Of a DNA stretch of 64,000 bases, positions 1 to 10,114 are shown piece by piece (position 1 is the first letter of the stretch; every line of letters begins with the position of its first letter). The stretch is taken from sequence record LR756501.1; one strand, written 5' to 3'. The notes beneath the pieces were generated by a model, which was given only the letters and a program-made list of their open reading frames with translations, was not told the origin of the DNA and made no database searches. Both the position numbers and the translations under genes were made by a program.

Positions 1-13
1 ATATCTTGACAGG

Positions 14-562
14 TTGGAAAAAGATACTCAAAATAAATTAATTGAGAATAAAAATGATTTAGATCCTTATGGTGAAGAAAATTGGGATGAGAAGAATCCA
101 AATGGTAATTTTCTTCTTAATTTTGAACAGCGTAGATTACAAGAAGCTGAGGATATGTTACCTAAAATACAACAATATTTACCTAACGCGTATATAGATC
201 AAGAAAATCAAAACTTTGCTGCTATATTATGTGACGCTGATGAATATTTAACATTAGATAGTTTTGATCCAGCAAATCCAGGTGTATCTTACGGTGAATT
301 TGCCAGTAACGCCTTTGAAGATTTAGAAGGATTAAGAGAAATTGTAACAAGTTTAAAAAATATTGGAGCTAAAAATATTTTAGTTGCTTCAATACTTATA
401 GATGATATACAAGTTGAGGAAAAACCATATCAAGTAATTACATCAGATACATTATATTTTGAAGGAATAAGTAGAAGACAAGCTAATGAAGACGTGGATT
501 GGGGAGTACATCCAAATGAATTAGATGGTGGTAATAGATCATGGAGAGCTTGGTGGGATTAA
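14..562 (+). CDS. Hypothetical protein with DPYGEENW tag (start uncertain, TTG)
   Basis: 182-aa ORF; NDLDPYGEENWDE near N-terminus. Confidence 0.75.
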   Translation: MEKDTQNKLIENKNDLDPYGEENWDEKNPNGNFLLNFEQRRLQEAEDMLPKIQQYLPNAYIDQENQNFAAILCDADEYLTLDSFDPANPGVSYGEFASNAFEDLEGLREIVTSLKNIGAKNILVASILIDDIQVEEKPYQVITSDTLYFEGISRRQANEDVDWGVHPNELDGGNRSWRAWWD

Positions 563-572
563 AAGAAAAGAT

Positions 573-1463
573 ATGATAACTAAATTTAAAATATTTGAGG
601 CTATATCGCTAGACTATCCACTACCTTTATTTAAGGTTGGGGATACTGTTTATTATCACGGAAGACTTAGAAAACATCATGGTTATTATAAAGTAAAAGA
701 ACGTTATCATTCTAGTTTATTTCAACAATCTGAATTAGAAAAAGGTGATACTGGATGGAGATATGATTTAAGTGAAGATGGTGTTCATATATTTATCAGA
801 GGTTCTTGGGAAATGTCGTCTTCACCAACAGAAGAGGAAGGTAAAAGAAAAGATAAAGAATATCAAGATAAAAAAGAAGAATTAAGAAAACTTCATATGG
901 ATTTTGATCCTTACGGTGAAGAGGTTTGGGAATCAATCAGACAGGATGATCCTTACGGTGAAGAAATTTGGGAAAATGAAGAAGTATTTAAAATAGGTGA
1001 TAAAGTTATATGTATGAACACTGAAAACGCCATTGGTGTAACATTACATAAAAAATATATTGTGTCTAATCCTAATCCACAGATATTTAATAATAATTGT
1101 GTAGAAATAATAAATGATTTTGATAAAAAAGGAATTTATATTAACAGTAGATTTAGAAAAGTTTTAAATGAAAATGTGAATATTTTAGATCCTTACGGTG
1201 AAGAAGATTGGGAAGATAAAAACAAAGCATCTGAATTTGATATATTTGATGATGACGACAGAGAAGAAAATCTTTATCATAGAGTGGGTGAATGTAGATT
1301 ATGTGGTAGATACGCTCCTCACGGATTGATGTTAGACGACGTTTGTCCAGCTTGTAGGTTCGAAGATGATCATTGCTATATGTGTGGAAGTTACGTACCA
1401 CACGAATTTCTACACGACGGTGCTTGCGATTTATGTTTAAAGGATCCAACATGGAATATGTAA
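573..1463 (+). CDS. Modular protein: CTS-like leader, two SH3/KOW-like segments, three DPYGEE tags, Cys-rich C-terminus
   Basis: ATG at 573 gives MITKFKIFE; FKVGDTVYY and FKIGDKVIC segments; four CxxC pairs at C-terminus. Confidence 0.8.
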   Translation: MITKFKIFEAISLDYPLPLFKVGDTVYYHGRLRKHHGYYKVKERYHSSLFQQSELEKGDTGWRYDLSEDGVHIFIRGSWEMSSSPTEEEGKRKDKEYQDKKEELRKLHMDFDPYGEEVWESIRQDDPYGEEIWENEEVFKIGDKVICMNTENAIGVTLHKKYIVSNPNPQIFNNNCVEIINDFDKKGIYINSRFRKVLNENVNILDPYGEEDWEDKNKASEFDIFDDDDREENLYHRVGECRLCGRYAPHGLMLDDVCPACRFEDDHCYMCGSYVPHEFLHDGACDLCLKDPTWNM

Positions 1464-1494
1464 AAAATAATTTTTTAATTTAATATATAGCGGT

Positions 1495-1830
1495 ATGTTA
1501 AAAAAATTCGATAAATTCGCAAATGAGAAACTGAACTCCGAACTTGACCCTTATGGTGAAGAAAGGGATGAAGACGACGTGTTTGAGGAATTTGATATTA
1601 ATGATGACTTATCGGTTGAAGATGTATGGGTTGAAACCACTTATACATACAATGTGAAATTAGGTAAATATAAATTGAAATATAAATTAGTATATGACGA
1701 TGATGGTTTTTCTTCGTTAGATAGAGTAGAAGAAAATGACGAAAAATTACCAGAACATGTTTTAGATTTCTGTGAAGAATATGACGAAGAAATAAAAGAA
1801 ATATTAGTGGCTGAGAGATATGGTAGATAA
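1495..1830 (+). CDS. Acidic hypothetical protein, CTS-like leader + DPYGEE
   Basis: MLKKFDKFANE...ELDPYGEE; TATATA motif upstream. Confidence 0.8.
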   Translation: MLKKFDKFANEKLNSELDPYGEERDEDDVFEEFDINDDLSVEDVWVETTYTYNVKLGKYKLKYKLVYDDDGFSSLDRVEENDEKLPEHVLDFCEEYDEEIKEILVAERYGR

Positions 1831-2197
1831 TTATAAAAAGTTTATAAAAGAAAACGACGAACATAAAGACGTTGATCCTTACGGTGAAGAAAACTGGAAG
1901 GAAAAACCTTATTTAGATTTTGATAAAGATAAAATGGTAAGTGATTGTCTTGATATGATTTATCAAGATATGAGTGGATATAGAGATTGGATAATGCAAG
2001 TTATAAATAACTATTTCAACGACCAATCTATTGATTATTTAAAAGAGTTCTTAAACTACGAATACGACGAACCCTGTGAAGGATGTGACGGAACAGGAAT
2101 AATACACGATGAAGTCACCGGCGCTGAGGTTGAATGTGGTGAATGTAACGGAGAAGGGGAAGTTGATATATATGAATACAAATATGGCAAAAAATAA
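1820..2197 (+). CDS. Hypothetical protein, CTS-like leader + DPYGEE + DnaJ-type zinc finger
   Basis: MVDNYKKFIKE; CEGCDGTG and CGECNGEG. Confidence 0.8.
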   Translation: MVDNYKKFIKENDEHKDVDPYGEENWKEKPYLDFDKDKMVSDCLDMIYQDMSGYRDWIMQVINNYFNDQSIDYLKEFLNYEYDEPCEGCDGTGIIHDEVTGAEVECGECNGEGEVDIYEYKYGKK

Positions 2198-2206
2198 ACG
2201 AATAAC

Positions 2207-3835
2207 ATGAAAAAAATGGAATTAAAAAATTTAACAGAATTTGAGCAATTTAGATTATTGATGAAGGAAAGTGTTTCAGGAACAGTGCGTTGCAGATTTG
2301 CCCCTTCACCTACCGGAGGCCTTCATATTGGGGGTGTTCGTACTGCTCTATATAATTATCTTTTCGCTAAGAAACATAACGGAGTATTTTACATTAGAAT
2401 TGAAGATACCGATCAAGGTAGATTCGTTTCAGGTGCAGAATCCTATATCCTTAAAGCTTTAGATTGGTGTGGTATTCATCACGAGGAAGGACCAGATGTT
2501 GGTGGACCTTACGCTCCTTACAGACAATCTGAAAGAAGTAATATCTATCCTAAATACGCTAAAGAGCTTATTGATAAAGGACACGCTTATTACTGTTTCG
2601 ATACACCAGATGATATTGAGAACATGAAAGCTAAATTGATCGAAAAAGGTGTACAATCACCTCAGTACGATCATATAACAAGAATGACCATGAAGAACTC
2701 GCTTACTCTAAAACCAGAGGAAGTAGAAGATTTAATGGCTAAAAAAGTTCCATTTGTAATTAGAGCAAAGTTCCCACCAGACGAGATTATAGTAGTCCAC
2801 GATATCATCAGAGGTAACGTTGAAGCTAACACGAATACTCTTGATGATAAAGTTCTATTCAAATCAGATGGTCTTCCAACATACCATTTAGCTAATATAG
2901 TTGACGACCATTTGATGAAAACAACTCACGTTATTCGTGGTGAAGAGTGGCTCCCAAGTGCTCCACTTCACGTATTTTTATACAAATCTTTAGGTTGGGA
3001 ACCACCTGAATTCGCTCACTTAGCCCTCCTACTTAACCCGGGCGGTCAAGGTAAACTATCGAAAAGAATGGGTGACGAATTAGGTTTCCCTATTTTCCCA
3101 TTAGCTTGGACTGATCCAAAGACTGGAAAAGAATCATTAGGTTATAAAGAAAAAGGTTATATACCTCAAGCTTTCATAAACTTCTTGGCTTTCTTAGGTT
3201 GGAATCCTGGCACAGAACAAGAAATGATGACTATGGACGAACTCATCCAATCATTCTCATTAGAGAGATGTGGTAAAGCTGGAGCCAAGTTTAATATTGA
3301 AAAAGCCAAATGGTATAACGGACAATATATGAAACAAATGTCTGACGAAGAAGTTACTGAACTTTTAAAACCTATTTTGAAAGAAAGAGGAATTGATCTT
3401 CCAGATAGAACCATAAAGAAAATGGTTGAAATGAATAAAGGTAAAGCTAACTTTATATCTGATATTTATGAGGCTTCACTATATTTATTTGAGCCACCAA
3501 AGGTCTATGACGAGAAAACAGTTGCTAAGAAATGGAATGATAAATGTCCTGCTCTTATGGCTCAAATAAAAGAAGCTTTGGCTCCTGTTCAAGATTGGAC
3601 ATCCGAAAGTATTCAAAAAGCATTTGAGGCTTATGTTAATCAAAATGGTTTGAATTTTGGTGAAATTTCAGCACCTTTAAGACTTGTTTTAACAGGTATG
3701 GGATTTGGACCTAATCTTTTTGATATTATGGAAATTATTGGTAAAGAAGGAACACTGGATCGTCTTACCAACTTCAAAATTAAAGCCAAGAAAAAGTTTG
3801 CACCTATGGTGTTACCTATTCCTGGAGCTGAATAA
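2207..3835 (+). CDS. gltX: Glutamyl-tRNA synthetase (class Ib) with short N-terminal extension
   Basis: RFAPSPTGGLHIGG (HIGH), RIEDTD, HVIRGEEW, KLSKR (KMSKS); resembles Bacteroidota GltX. Confidence 0.97.
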   Translation: MKKMELKNLTEFEQFRLLMKESVSGTVRCRFAPSPTGGLHIGGVRTALYNYLFAKKHNGVFYIRIEDTDQGRFVSGAESYILKALDWCGIHHEEGPDVGGPYAPYRQSERSNIYPKYAKELIDKGHAYYCFDTPDDIENMKAKLIEKGVQSPQYDHITRMTMKNSLTLKPEEVEDLMAKKVPFVIRAKFPPDEIIVVHDIIRGNVEANTNTLDDKVLFKSDGLPTYHLANIVDDHLMKTTHVIRGEEWLPSAPLHVFLYKSLGWEPPEFAHLALLLNPGGQGKLSKRMGDELGFPIFPLAWTDPKTGKESLGYKEKGYIPQAFINFLAFLGWNPGTEQEMMTMDELIQSFSLERCGKAGAKFNIEKAKWYNGQYMKQMSDEEVTELLKPILKERGIDLPDRTIKKMVEMNKGKANFISDIYEASLYLFEPPKVYDEKTVAKKWNDKCPALMAQIKEALAPVQDWTSESIQKAFEAYVNQNGLNFGEISAPLRLVLTGMGFGPNLFDIMEIIGKEGTLDRLTNFKIKAKKKFAPMVLPIPGAE

Positions 3836-3849
3836 AATAATATACGAAA

Positions 3850-4167
3850 ATGAAACACGTAGAAAAATTGAAATTAAACGAAGATTTTGGTCCTCAGAAT
3901 TGGCATAATCCATTCGATAAGAAGAATGATCCTTATGGTGAAGAGAAACCAGATCCAGTAAGACCACCATGTAAAATAGACGATAGTTTAATTGAAGCAG
4001 CTGGTCTTAAAAATTTGAAAGATCAAGTAGATGAATATATAACTAAACATGAAACTGGTGAGAGTTACGATGATAACGATTCAGATATGGAACATTATAT
4101 GTTTGAATCTGTAATGACCACTTTTTACGGTAGAGATATATGGAAATATCTACGTAAATTTGATTAA
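3850..4167 (+). CDS. Hypothetical protein, xNE leader + DPYGEE
   Basis: MKHVEKLKLNE; KNDPYGEEK. Confidence 0.75.
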   Translation: MKHVEKLKLNEDFGPQNWHNPFDKKNDPYGEEKPDPVRPPCKIDDSLIEAAGLKNLKDQVDEYITKHETGESYDDNDSDMEHYMFESVMTTFYGRDIWKYLRKFD

Positions 4168-4185
4168 TAAAATAAGTTAAATTAA

Positions 4186-4596
4186 ATGCCAAATAACATA
4201 ACAAAAGACTTCGAAGAATACAAACAGAAGAAAGTGGATAAGTTTAAGAAGGACAAAACCTTCGATCCACTTTCATCTGATATTGTAGCCTTGAGGGAAC
4301 TAGAAGACGGGAATATAGAAAAAGTTTCTGGACCGATTGAGATAATTCAAGTCACTGGCGTCATAACTGATAAAGATAGAATTGAAAAATTAGAAGAAGC
4401 CTCTGTTGTCGGACCTCAATTTAACGCTGATCTTGGTAATAAAGAAGTTAAAAGAGGTGACGTAATTTGGGTTACTGCTTTAGCACAAAGACCTGGCACT
4501 ACATCTTGGAACGCTCAACCATCTTATCACGTTTTAAAATGCCGTATTATGGATATTTTTTACGGTCTGAACAAACTAAAAACAATTGGAAAATAA
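4186..4596 (+). CDS. Hypothetical protein
   Basis: 136-aa ORF in operon context ending at a terminator. Confidence 0.7.
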   Translation: MPNNITKDFEEYKQKKVDKFKKDKTFDPLSSDIVALRELEDGNIEKVSGPIEIIQVTGVITDKDRIEKLEEASVVGPQFNADLGNKEVKRGDVIWVTALAQRPGTTSWNAQPSYHVLKCRIMDIFYGLNKLKTIGK

Positions 4597-4621
4597 AAAG
4601 TAAATTACTTACTTTATAGCA

Positions 4622-4657
4622 TAAAAAAAGATCCGATTCACTCGGATCTTTTTTTTA
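4622..4657. terminator. Bidirectional intrinsic terminator
   Basis: aagatccga-ttcac-tcggatctt hairpin with A and T tracts, between convergent genes. Confidence 0.85.
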
Positions 4658-4669
4658 TGATCGTTTCGA

Positions 4670-5185
4670 TTAATCTACATCTGGATCGACTTCTTCGGGT
4701 CCGTCAACTGTTTTACCCATTCCTTCCCAACCCGCTTCACCTTCTTCAGCGACTTCGACTGGTTTTATCTTATTCATTTCCCTAGACTTGGCTAATTCTT
4801 TATCTTCTAGTTCAAATCTATTTGGGAAGAACGTAAAAATCTTTTCAACGCCTGTTCCATCTGGTTCATTTTTAGAGATATGGCAACCAAGATCTAATTT
4901 ACCTTTATCATTTACTTTAATAACAGTAAATTTTTTATAGGTCATGAGAAAATCATAGGCGTCCATTGGTAACTTATTTGATTTCTTTGTATCCACAAGT
5001 ACAATGACGTCACCAACTTCAAAGTGTTTAAGTTCCTTTTCGGGTTTTCCGTCTTCGCCTTTACCTTTTTTACCTTTTTTTGGAGCTGGTACTGGTTCAT
5101 CTCCCCAATCGTCTCCACGTCCACCTGGTGCTTCTTCGTTGACTTTCTTCACTATTTTATCTTTTAAGAATTCTGTAAATTTCAT
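4670..5185 (-). CDS. Hypothetical protein, CTS-like leader, SH3-like core
   Basis: MKFTEFLKDKIVKKVNE; FEVGDVIVLVD. Confidence 0.75.
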   Translation of the reverse strand: MKFTEFLKDKIVKKVNEEAPGGRGDDWGDEPVPAPKKGKKGKGEDGKPEKELKHFEVGDVIVLVDTKKSNKLPMDAYDFLMTYKKFTVIKVNDKGKLDLGCHISKNEPDGTGVEKIFTFFPNRFELEDKELAKSREMNKIKPVEVAEEGEAGWEGMGKTVDGPEEVDPDVD

Positions 5186-5310
5186 ATCTCTTTTAATTCT
5201 TTTTTATGTACAAAGGTATATATTTTTAATAAAAAACCAAAATATTTCTAGATATATATTAAATTATAATTTTGGTTTTTTATATATAGCATAAAACAAA
5301 AAAGGTTTTT

Positions 5311-5883
5311 ATGGAAAAATTCACAAACGTTAAGAAGAACGAACCTAAAACAGAAGCCAACGAAGATCTCTTCAAGAACGACGAAATATCAATTATAAAG
5401 TTTGACGAGAAAGATATTATTATTAGTAACGCTCAAATAGTCATTCTACCTTATTTTAAAGACGAAGGCTTCTTCCTTCTTAAATACGAAAAATGTCCAG
5501 CCTTTAAATTCAAATATAAAGATAAATCAGAATATAACACACAAGACTACTATCTCACAAGTATTAAATCTGACTTTAATGACGATCAAACACCTACACA
5601 GAATGTTAGACGTATTCTACATGAAAAGACTGGAGTTGTTTTAAATCAACTATTTCCAATTGAAGTAGATAAAGTACTTTTCAAAGAAGATAATAACGTA
5701 GGACAATATCATATTTGTATATTACCAATAAACTATAACGATTATAAACAATCAAGTGTACAAGTAACAGAAGAAAATAGAGTTGTTAAGATTAGTCTTG
5801 GTGATATAGATAGTGTAAAAATATATGATTTGATTACAGATTACCTATTATTAAAGTTGAAATTTGAAAATAATATGAAATAA
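5311..5883 (+). CDS. Nudix-fold-like protein with degenerate Nudix box
   Basis: VILPY...DQTPTQNVRRILHEKTG resembles an eroded GX5EX7REUXEEXG. Confidence 0.45.
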   Translation: MEKFTNVKKNEPKTEANEDLFKNDEISIIKFDEKDIIISNAQIVILPYFKDEGFFLLKYEKCPAFKFKYKDKSEYNTQDYYLTSIKSDFNDDQTPTQNVRRILHEKTGVVLNQLFPIEVDKVLFKEDNNVGQYHICILPINYNDYKQSSVQVTEENRVVKISLGDIDSVKIYDLITDYLLLKLKFENNMK

Positions 5884-6341
5884 TGGATAAGTATAACAAT
5901 TTTATAAATGAAGCAGTTAACGAAGACGAATTTGCCGTAAAAAGATTAACCAATCTTGTAGATATGGCTATACCTTTATTTCATGAGGCAAGTCTAATAT
6001 ACCCAGCAATTAAAAAATATAAGAGGACAACAAAACTCACAACTGAACTAGGTGAGTCTTTAGTAAAAACATTTCCAAAACCAAAACCAAAAGCTGGCGA
6101 TTTAATACCTGGAAACATGTATGTTTACTCACCAGACGTTGATACAAAAATAGAATACACAAATGCTTATAATAAACAAAATGTTAGATTAATTGAAATT
6201 AGTACTCCAAGAAATTTTGAATATTGTGATTCAAAATATATAAAATGTTGTAATCATTTAGTAGAAGTAAAAGTAATGTACGGTGGACCAAGAAGATTCT
6301 GGACCAGGAAACATTGCCTTAAAACAATGAAAGCATATTAA
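5883..6341 (+). CDS. Hypothetical protein, CTS-like leader
   Basis: MDKYNNFINE. Confidence 0.75.
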   Translation: MDKYNNFINEAVNEDEFAVKRLTNLVDMAIPLFHEASLIYPAIKKYKRTTKLTTELGESLVKTFPKPKPKAGDLIPGNMYVYSPDVDTKIEYTNAYNKQNVRLIEISTPRNFEYCDSKYIKCCNHLVEVKVMYGGPRRFWTRKHCLKTMKAY

Positions 6342-6342
6342 T

Positions 6343-6531
6343 ATGGCAGAACAAGTAGATAGATACGAAGAAATCGTAAATGTTTTAATCCCTATACTGG
6401 ATGAAATGAATCATCTTAAAAAATATATGGACACTAAGACATTTAACGGAATAACAGACAAATTGAAAAAGTATATACAACAACCATCCAATCCACCACC
6501 AACAATTGGTACAGCAAAAATGTTTATGTGA
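6343..6531 (+). CDS. Small hypothetical protein
   Basis: 62-aa ORF tightly packed between neighbours. Confidence 0.6.
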   Translation: MAEQVDRYEEIVNVLIPILDEMNHLKKYMDTKTFNGITDKLKKYIQQPSNPPPTIGTAKMFM

Positions 6532-7169
6532 TGATAAAGAAATATATACAATTCATTAACGAAGCGTCCTCAGATATGTGGGACGACCTATATAAAAAAA
6601 TAGGTACAGATAAATATACTGAAAGTGTACCAGACCTATTAAATATAAATAGAATATCTGTTACTAAATCGGGCAAAGTGCTCGACGTTGGCGTCGGCGA
6701 CGGCTCTAATTCTAAATATTTTCTACAAAAAGGTTTTGATGTTTACGGTATAGACGTATCTAAAGTAGCCCTACAAAGAATGACCAACTATACCCAAAAA
6801 GGTCACTGGATCGAACACGACGTTACTAAAAAATTACCATTTGAAAATAAATTTTTCGATGTTATATTTTCAAGATTATCAATACATTACTTTGATGACG
6901 AACAAACTTCTGAAATTATAAAAGAATTTAGACGTGTAATTAAAGATGACGGTTTACTATTTATTTCAGTTAAAGTTGCTAATGTTGGTAATATTAATAC
7001 AGGTAAAGTCATGAGAACTAAAGATCAATGGGAAGAGATAATATCAGAATATTTTGGAATGATAGAAATGAATGAAGTTGTTAGAAAACCCTATGATTAC
7101 GATCCTGCTCCTTCTAATATGTTAGAGATATACGCTAAACCAGAACTTCGCCAGAAAATCCAACGTTAA
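6528..7169 (+). CDS. Class I SAM-dependent methyltransferase with CTS-like leader
   Basis: VLDVGVGDG motif I, GIDVS, FDVIFSRLSIHYF; MMIKKYIQFINE. Confidence 0.88.
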   Translation: MMIKKYIQFINEASSDMWDDLYKKIGTDKYTESVPDLLNINRISVTKSGKVLDVGVGDGSNSKYFLQKGFDVYGIDVSKVALQRMTNYTQKGHWIEHDVTKKLPFENKFFDVIFSRLSIHYFDDEQTSEIIKEFRRVIKDDGLLFISVKVANVGNINTGKVMRTKDQWEEIISEYFGMIEMNEVVRKPYDYDPAPSNMLEIYAKPELRQKIQR

Positions 7170-8007
7170 AGTTCTCACCATCAAATACAAGAATTTGTTT
7201 TAATTCAACGTTCTCAGTTCTCTTATTATAAACTCTTATTGGATCACCTAAATCTTTTGGTACATAAACCCAACCGTAACACTGGCATTTATTACCAAAT
7301 TTCCAGTGTTTTGTAAATACTAACCTCTCGTTCTTTAAATCTAAATCTTCAAATTTTACTTGATTATCTTCACAGTAATTATTTAAAGATATAAGAGTCA
7401 CAAACCCTACCCATGTTACATCTATCTTAGAAGCCTCATCTAAATATCTAAATACCTCCTTATCATTATCAATATAACCTTTAATAAGATTACAACTTAA
7501 ATTTAAAAGTCTTTTGTTTTCTAATTTAGAAGATATAGATTTAATTATTTCACCCGTAACTGATTTAAAACCAAGTATTTCGTCGTTTATTTTATCGTTA
7601 TAATGGTGTCTTGATAGTTGAATATTATCAACTATTTCGTGTAAATTTTCTTCGAACAGTTTTTCAAAATTATAACCATTTGTATTTATGGCTATTATAG
7701 ATTTTGGTAAAAGTTCTCTAGTTTTTATTACAAGACTTTTGAGTCTTTCTATATTTAGAGTTGGTTCACCACCAGTGAAATTGACTTTATTAATTGGTAT
7801 TCTTTCTGATATATCTTTAAGTTTTTCAAAATATTTATCTTCGTCAAATGTGCCAGATTCTTTACTGGTACAGAAAGAACAATCAGCGTTACAACCTTTT
7901 ATTTTAACTTGTACGTTTATATATGGAATTTCAACTTCGGTAGGATCGCTATCGAAAAGTTGGCAAAAATGTGTTCTGGGTTCTATTTCTTTATTGAAGA
8001 GTATCAT
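7135..8007 (-). CDS. Radical SAM protein
   Basis: CNADCSFC, FTGGEP, INTNG. Confidence 0.88.
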   Translation of the reverse strand: MILFNKEIEPRTHFCQLFDSDPTEVEIPYINVQVKIKGCNADCSFCTSKESGTFDEDKYFEKLKDISERIPINKVNFTGGEPTLNIERLKSLVIKTRELLPKSIIAINTNGYNFEKLFEENLHEIVDNIQLSRHHYNDKINDEILGFKSVTGEIIKSISSKLENKRLLNLSCNLIKGYIDNDKEVFRYLDEASKIDVTWVGFVTLISLNNYCEDNQVKFEDLDLKNERLVFTKHWKFGNKCQCYGWVYVPKDLGDPIRVYNKRTENVELKQILVFDGENFNVGFSGEVLV

Positions 8008-8008
8008 A

Positions 8009-8506
8009 TTAACACCCGCTATATGATGGTTTATTTACTTGTCTTTCAACTGCGTGACCACCGTGACGAACTTTACCCATACCTCCTCTTTTTGGTAGAT
8101 TTTTAAGAATATCAAGGGCTACTTCTTCTTCCCAATTTTCTTCACCATAGGGATCTATAGTTTTTTGTTTTGTTTTGAGGTTAGCTTCTTTTATAAATTG
8201 TTCTTTGGCTGATAAACTTAAATCACCGTCAGCCACCATTTGGTCTAATATTCTAAAGAGTCTTTCTATATTTTTTGGTTTACCTACTTTCTTAACAGAA
8301 GAAGGATCAGCGTAAAGAATAATATTATCTAATTTCAATTTAACTTTACCGTCGTCACGAACACCTTTATATGTGCCAACTTTACCGTGATGCTTTGAAC
8401 CAATTCTATTATAAGTGATTTCATCGCCTTCACCAAAATCAGTACCAGCATCTTCTGAATAGAAAACATATAATGTCTGTAATAATTCTTTTTCTTTAGC
8501 CGTCAT
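8009..8506 (-). CDS. Hypothetical protein, SH3-like segment + DPYGEENW
   Basis: FGEGDEITYNR; TIDPYGEENWEEE. Confidence 0.75.
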   Translation of the reverse strand: MTAKEKELLQTLYVFYSEDAGTDFGEGDEITYNRIGSKHHGKVGTYKGVRDDGKVKLKLDNIILYADPSSVKKVGKPKNIERLFRILDQMVADGDLSLSAKEQFIKEANLKTKQKTIDPYGEENWEEEVALDILKNLPKRGGMGKVRHGGHAVERQVNKPSYSGC

Positions 8507-8844
8507 AAGTCCATTCTTTCTATTTGATCAATAGGTACATTTTTCACTACCCAGTGATTACCTCTTGCTCTTCTCACGTTTCTATATCTGGTATCTATTT
8601 TCAATACTATTGGATGATGAATGGCTGCTTCTTCTGGTGTTTCTGTTAAATATATTTCACCATTTAAACCATCTCTCATTATACTATCTATCGCTTCAAT
8701 TTCAACAGCGTGATATAAAAAATCTGGAACACCGTTACCATCAACGTCATTCTCATTATCTGCTGGATCTGGTTCGTCTTTAACTAAAAGTTTTTTCAGC
8801 CAANNNNNNNNNNNNNNNNNNNNNGTACAAGATTTAATTCTCAT
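8503..8844 (-). CDS. Putative ART/Tpt1-fold small protein (spans assembly gap)
   Basis: LYHAV...GL...IYLT pattern; N run at 8804-8824. Confidence 0.45.
   Translation of the reverse strand: MRIKSCXXXXXXXXWLKKLLVKDEPDPADNENDVDGNGVPDFLYHAVEIEAIDSIMRDGLNGEIYLTETPEEAAIHHPIVLKIDTRYRNVRRARGNHWVVKNVPIDQIERMDL
8804..8824. other. Assembly gap
   Basis: 21 N bases. Confidence 1.
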
Positions 8845-8947
8845 CTCAGAATATTTTTATTTTATATATTAATTTTAAAAAATAGTTTTTCTGTAAAATC
8901 AAACCTTTACTGAAATTTTTAATATAAAGAAAAAATAATGTTCATCT

Positions 8948-9238
8948 ATGGCAAGGAAAAAAGATTTCCCATCATTACCAGGCTGGGGTGATAGTTCGTC
9001 AAATGAAAGTTACGAACTTAAATATCTCAGAATAGAAAACCAAAAACTTAAAGACGATAACGAAGCTTTAAGTCACAATAAAATGGATAAAAATATGGAA
9101 AGAGATATTGCCGCACTTCTACAAATTTCCATGAAAATGAAATATTTACTTGAACAATGTCGCTCACAAACAATGTTACCAATTGAGTTAGGTAGAAGCA
9201 TTGATAAAGTTATAAAAGAAATTGAAAATTATGGCTAG
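8948..9238 (+). CDS. Hypothetical coiled-coil protein
   Basis: 96-aa ORF starting an operon. Confidence 0.7.
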   Translation: MARKKDFPSLPGWGDSSSNESYELKYLRIENQKLKDDNEALSHNKMDKNMERDIAALLQISMKMKYLLEQCRSQTMLPIELGRSIDKVIKEIENYG

Positions 9239-9545
9239 TATTACAGAAAGATTAGAAGAACTAGAAGCTAGGATGGAACTAATAGAAAACACTATTGGTA
9301 TTGGTTCAAAACCTGAACCACATTCTAAAAAGAGACAACCGAAACAACAACAAGAACCAGAACCAGAAATGGAAAAGACTATAAATGGTTTTGGTAAAGA
9401 ACAACTTAGGGTAATGTTATCTTGGGCTAAAAGTATGAGATTAGATCAATTATCTAAAAATGATTTTGACGAGCTCAGAAAATGGGACATGTTAAAGGAT
9501 TTCTTTCCTAACGCCCCAGATAGATATGAAGATATAGTATTATAA
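9222..9545 (+). CDS. Hypothetical protein (probable start 9231)
   Basis: ORF overlapping the previous gene's stop region. Confidence 0.65.
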   Translation: MKIMASITERLEELEARMELIENTIGIGSKPEPHSKKRQPKQQQEPEPEMEKTINGFGKEQLRVMLSWAKSMRLDQLSKNDFDELRKWDMLKDFFPNAPDRYEDIVL

Positions 9546-9559
9546 AAAAAAGATAAAAT

Positions 9560-10114
9560 ATGAAAAATATTATAACAGATGATATGGTTCAAAAAGCTTT
9601 TGAACATATGAACAGTAAAGCGGACCCAATCTATGGTGAGTATAAAGAATTCCAGTTAGGTAATCCTTATATTAACGCTGGTTTTGCTGTAGCAATAAAA
9701 GAATTATTTGATATAGAAATATGCGAGAGTATGGTTCCAACTTTAGAAGAAATAAATAATCTTAGAGGAAAGAATGAAGTATATGTGATACACGAACAAG
9801 ATTACGACGTATTCTGGGTAGATGCAGTCTTAACCAAAGACAAATTCGAAGAATTCGTAGAAAAATTTGCGGAGAAAAATTTAGAAAAATATCAAGATGA
9901 TAAAAAAGTTAAATCTATCACACCTATAAGAAAAGACGGGCAAGTTCTCTGGGAAATAGAATATACTGACGAATACTTACAGAAAGTATATAGCGGATAT
10001 TTAGGAATAAGAGGCAATACTTTAGACGATTTGAAGAAACAAAGAAGTCATGTATCGCACGTTGGATTTGATTACTCTATATTTAAAATAAACGAATATA
10101 CAATATATGGCTAA
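9560..10114 (+). CDS. Hypothetical protein
   Basis: 184-aa ORF. Confidence 0.7.
   Translation: MKNIITDDMVQKAFEHMNSKADPIYGEYKEFQLGNPYINAGFAVAIKELFDIEICESMVPTLEEINNLRGKNEVYVIHEQDYDVFWVDAVLTKDKFEEFVEKFAEKNLEKYQDDKKVKSITPIRKDGQVLWEIEYTDEYLQKVYSGYLGIRGNTLDDLKKQRSHVSHVGFDYSIFKINEYTIYG

Noticed and set aside
525-572. Longest-ORF starts at 525, 35594 (+), 50228 (-), 54845 (-), 57888 (-) and 59862 (-)
   Set aside because: Downstream ATGs match leader motifs, promoters or domain starts, and the longer versions overlap other genes, terminators or RNAs.
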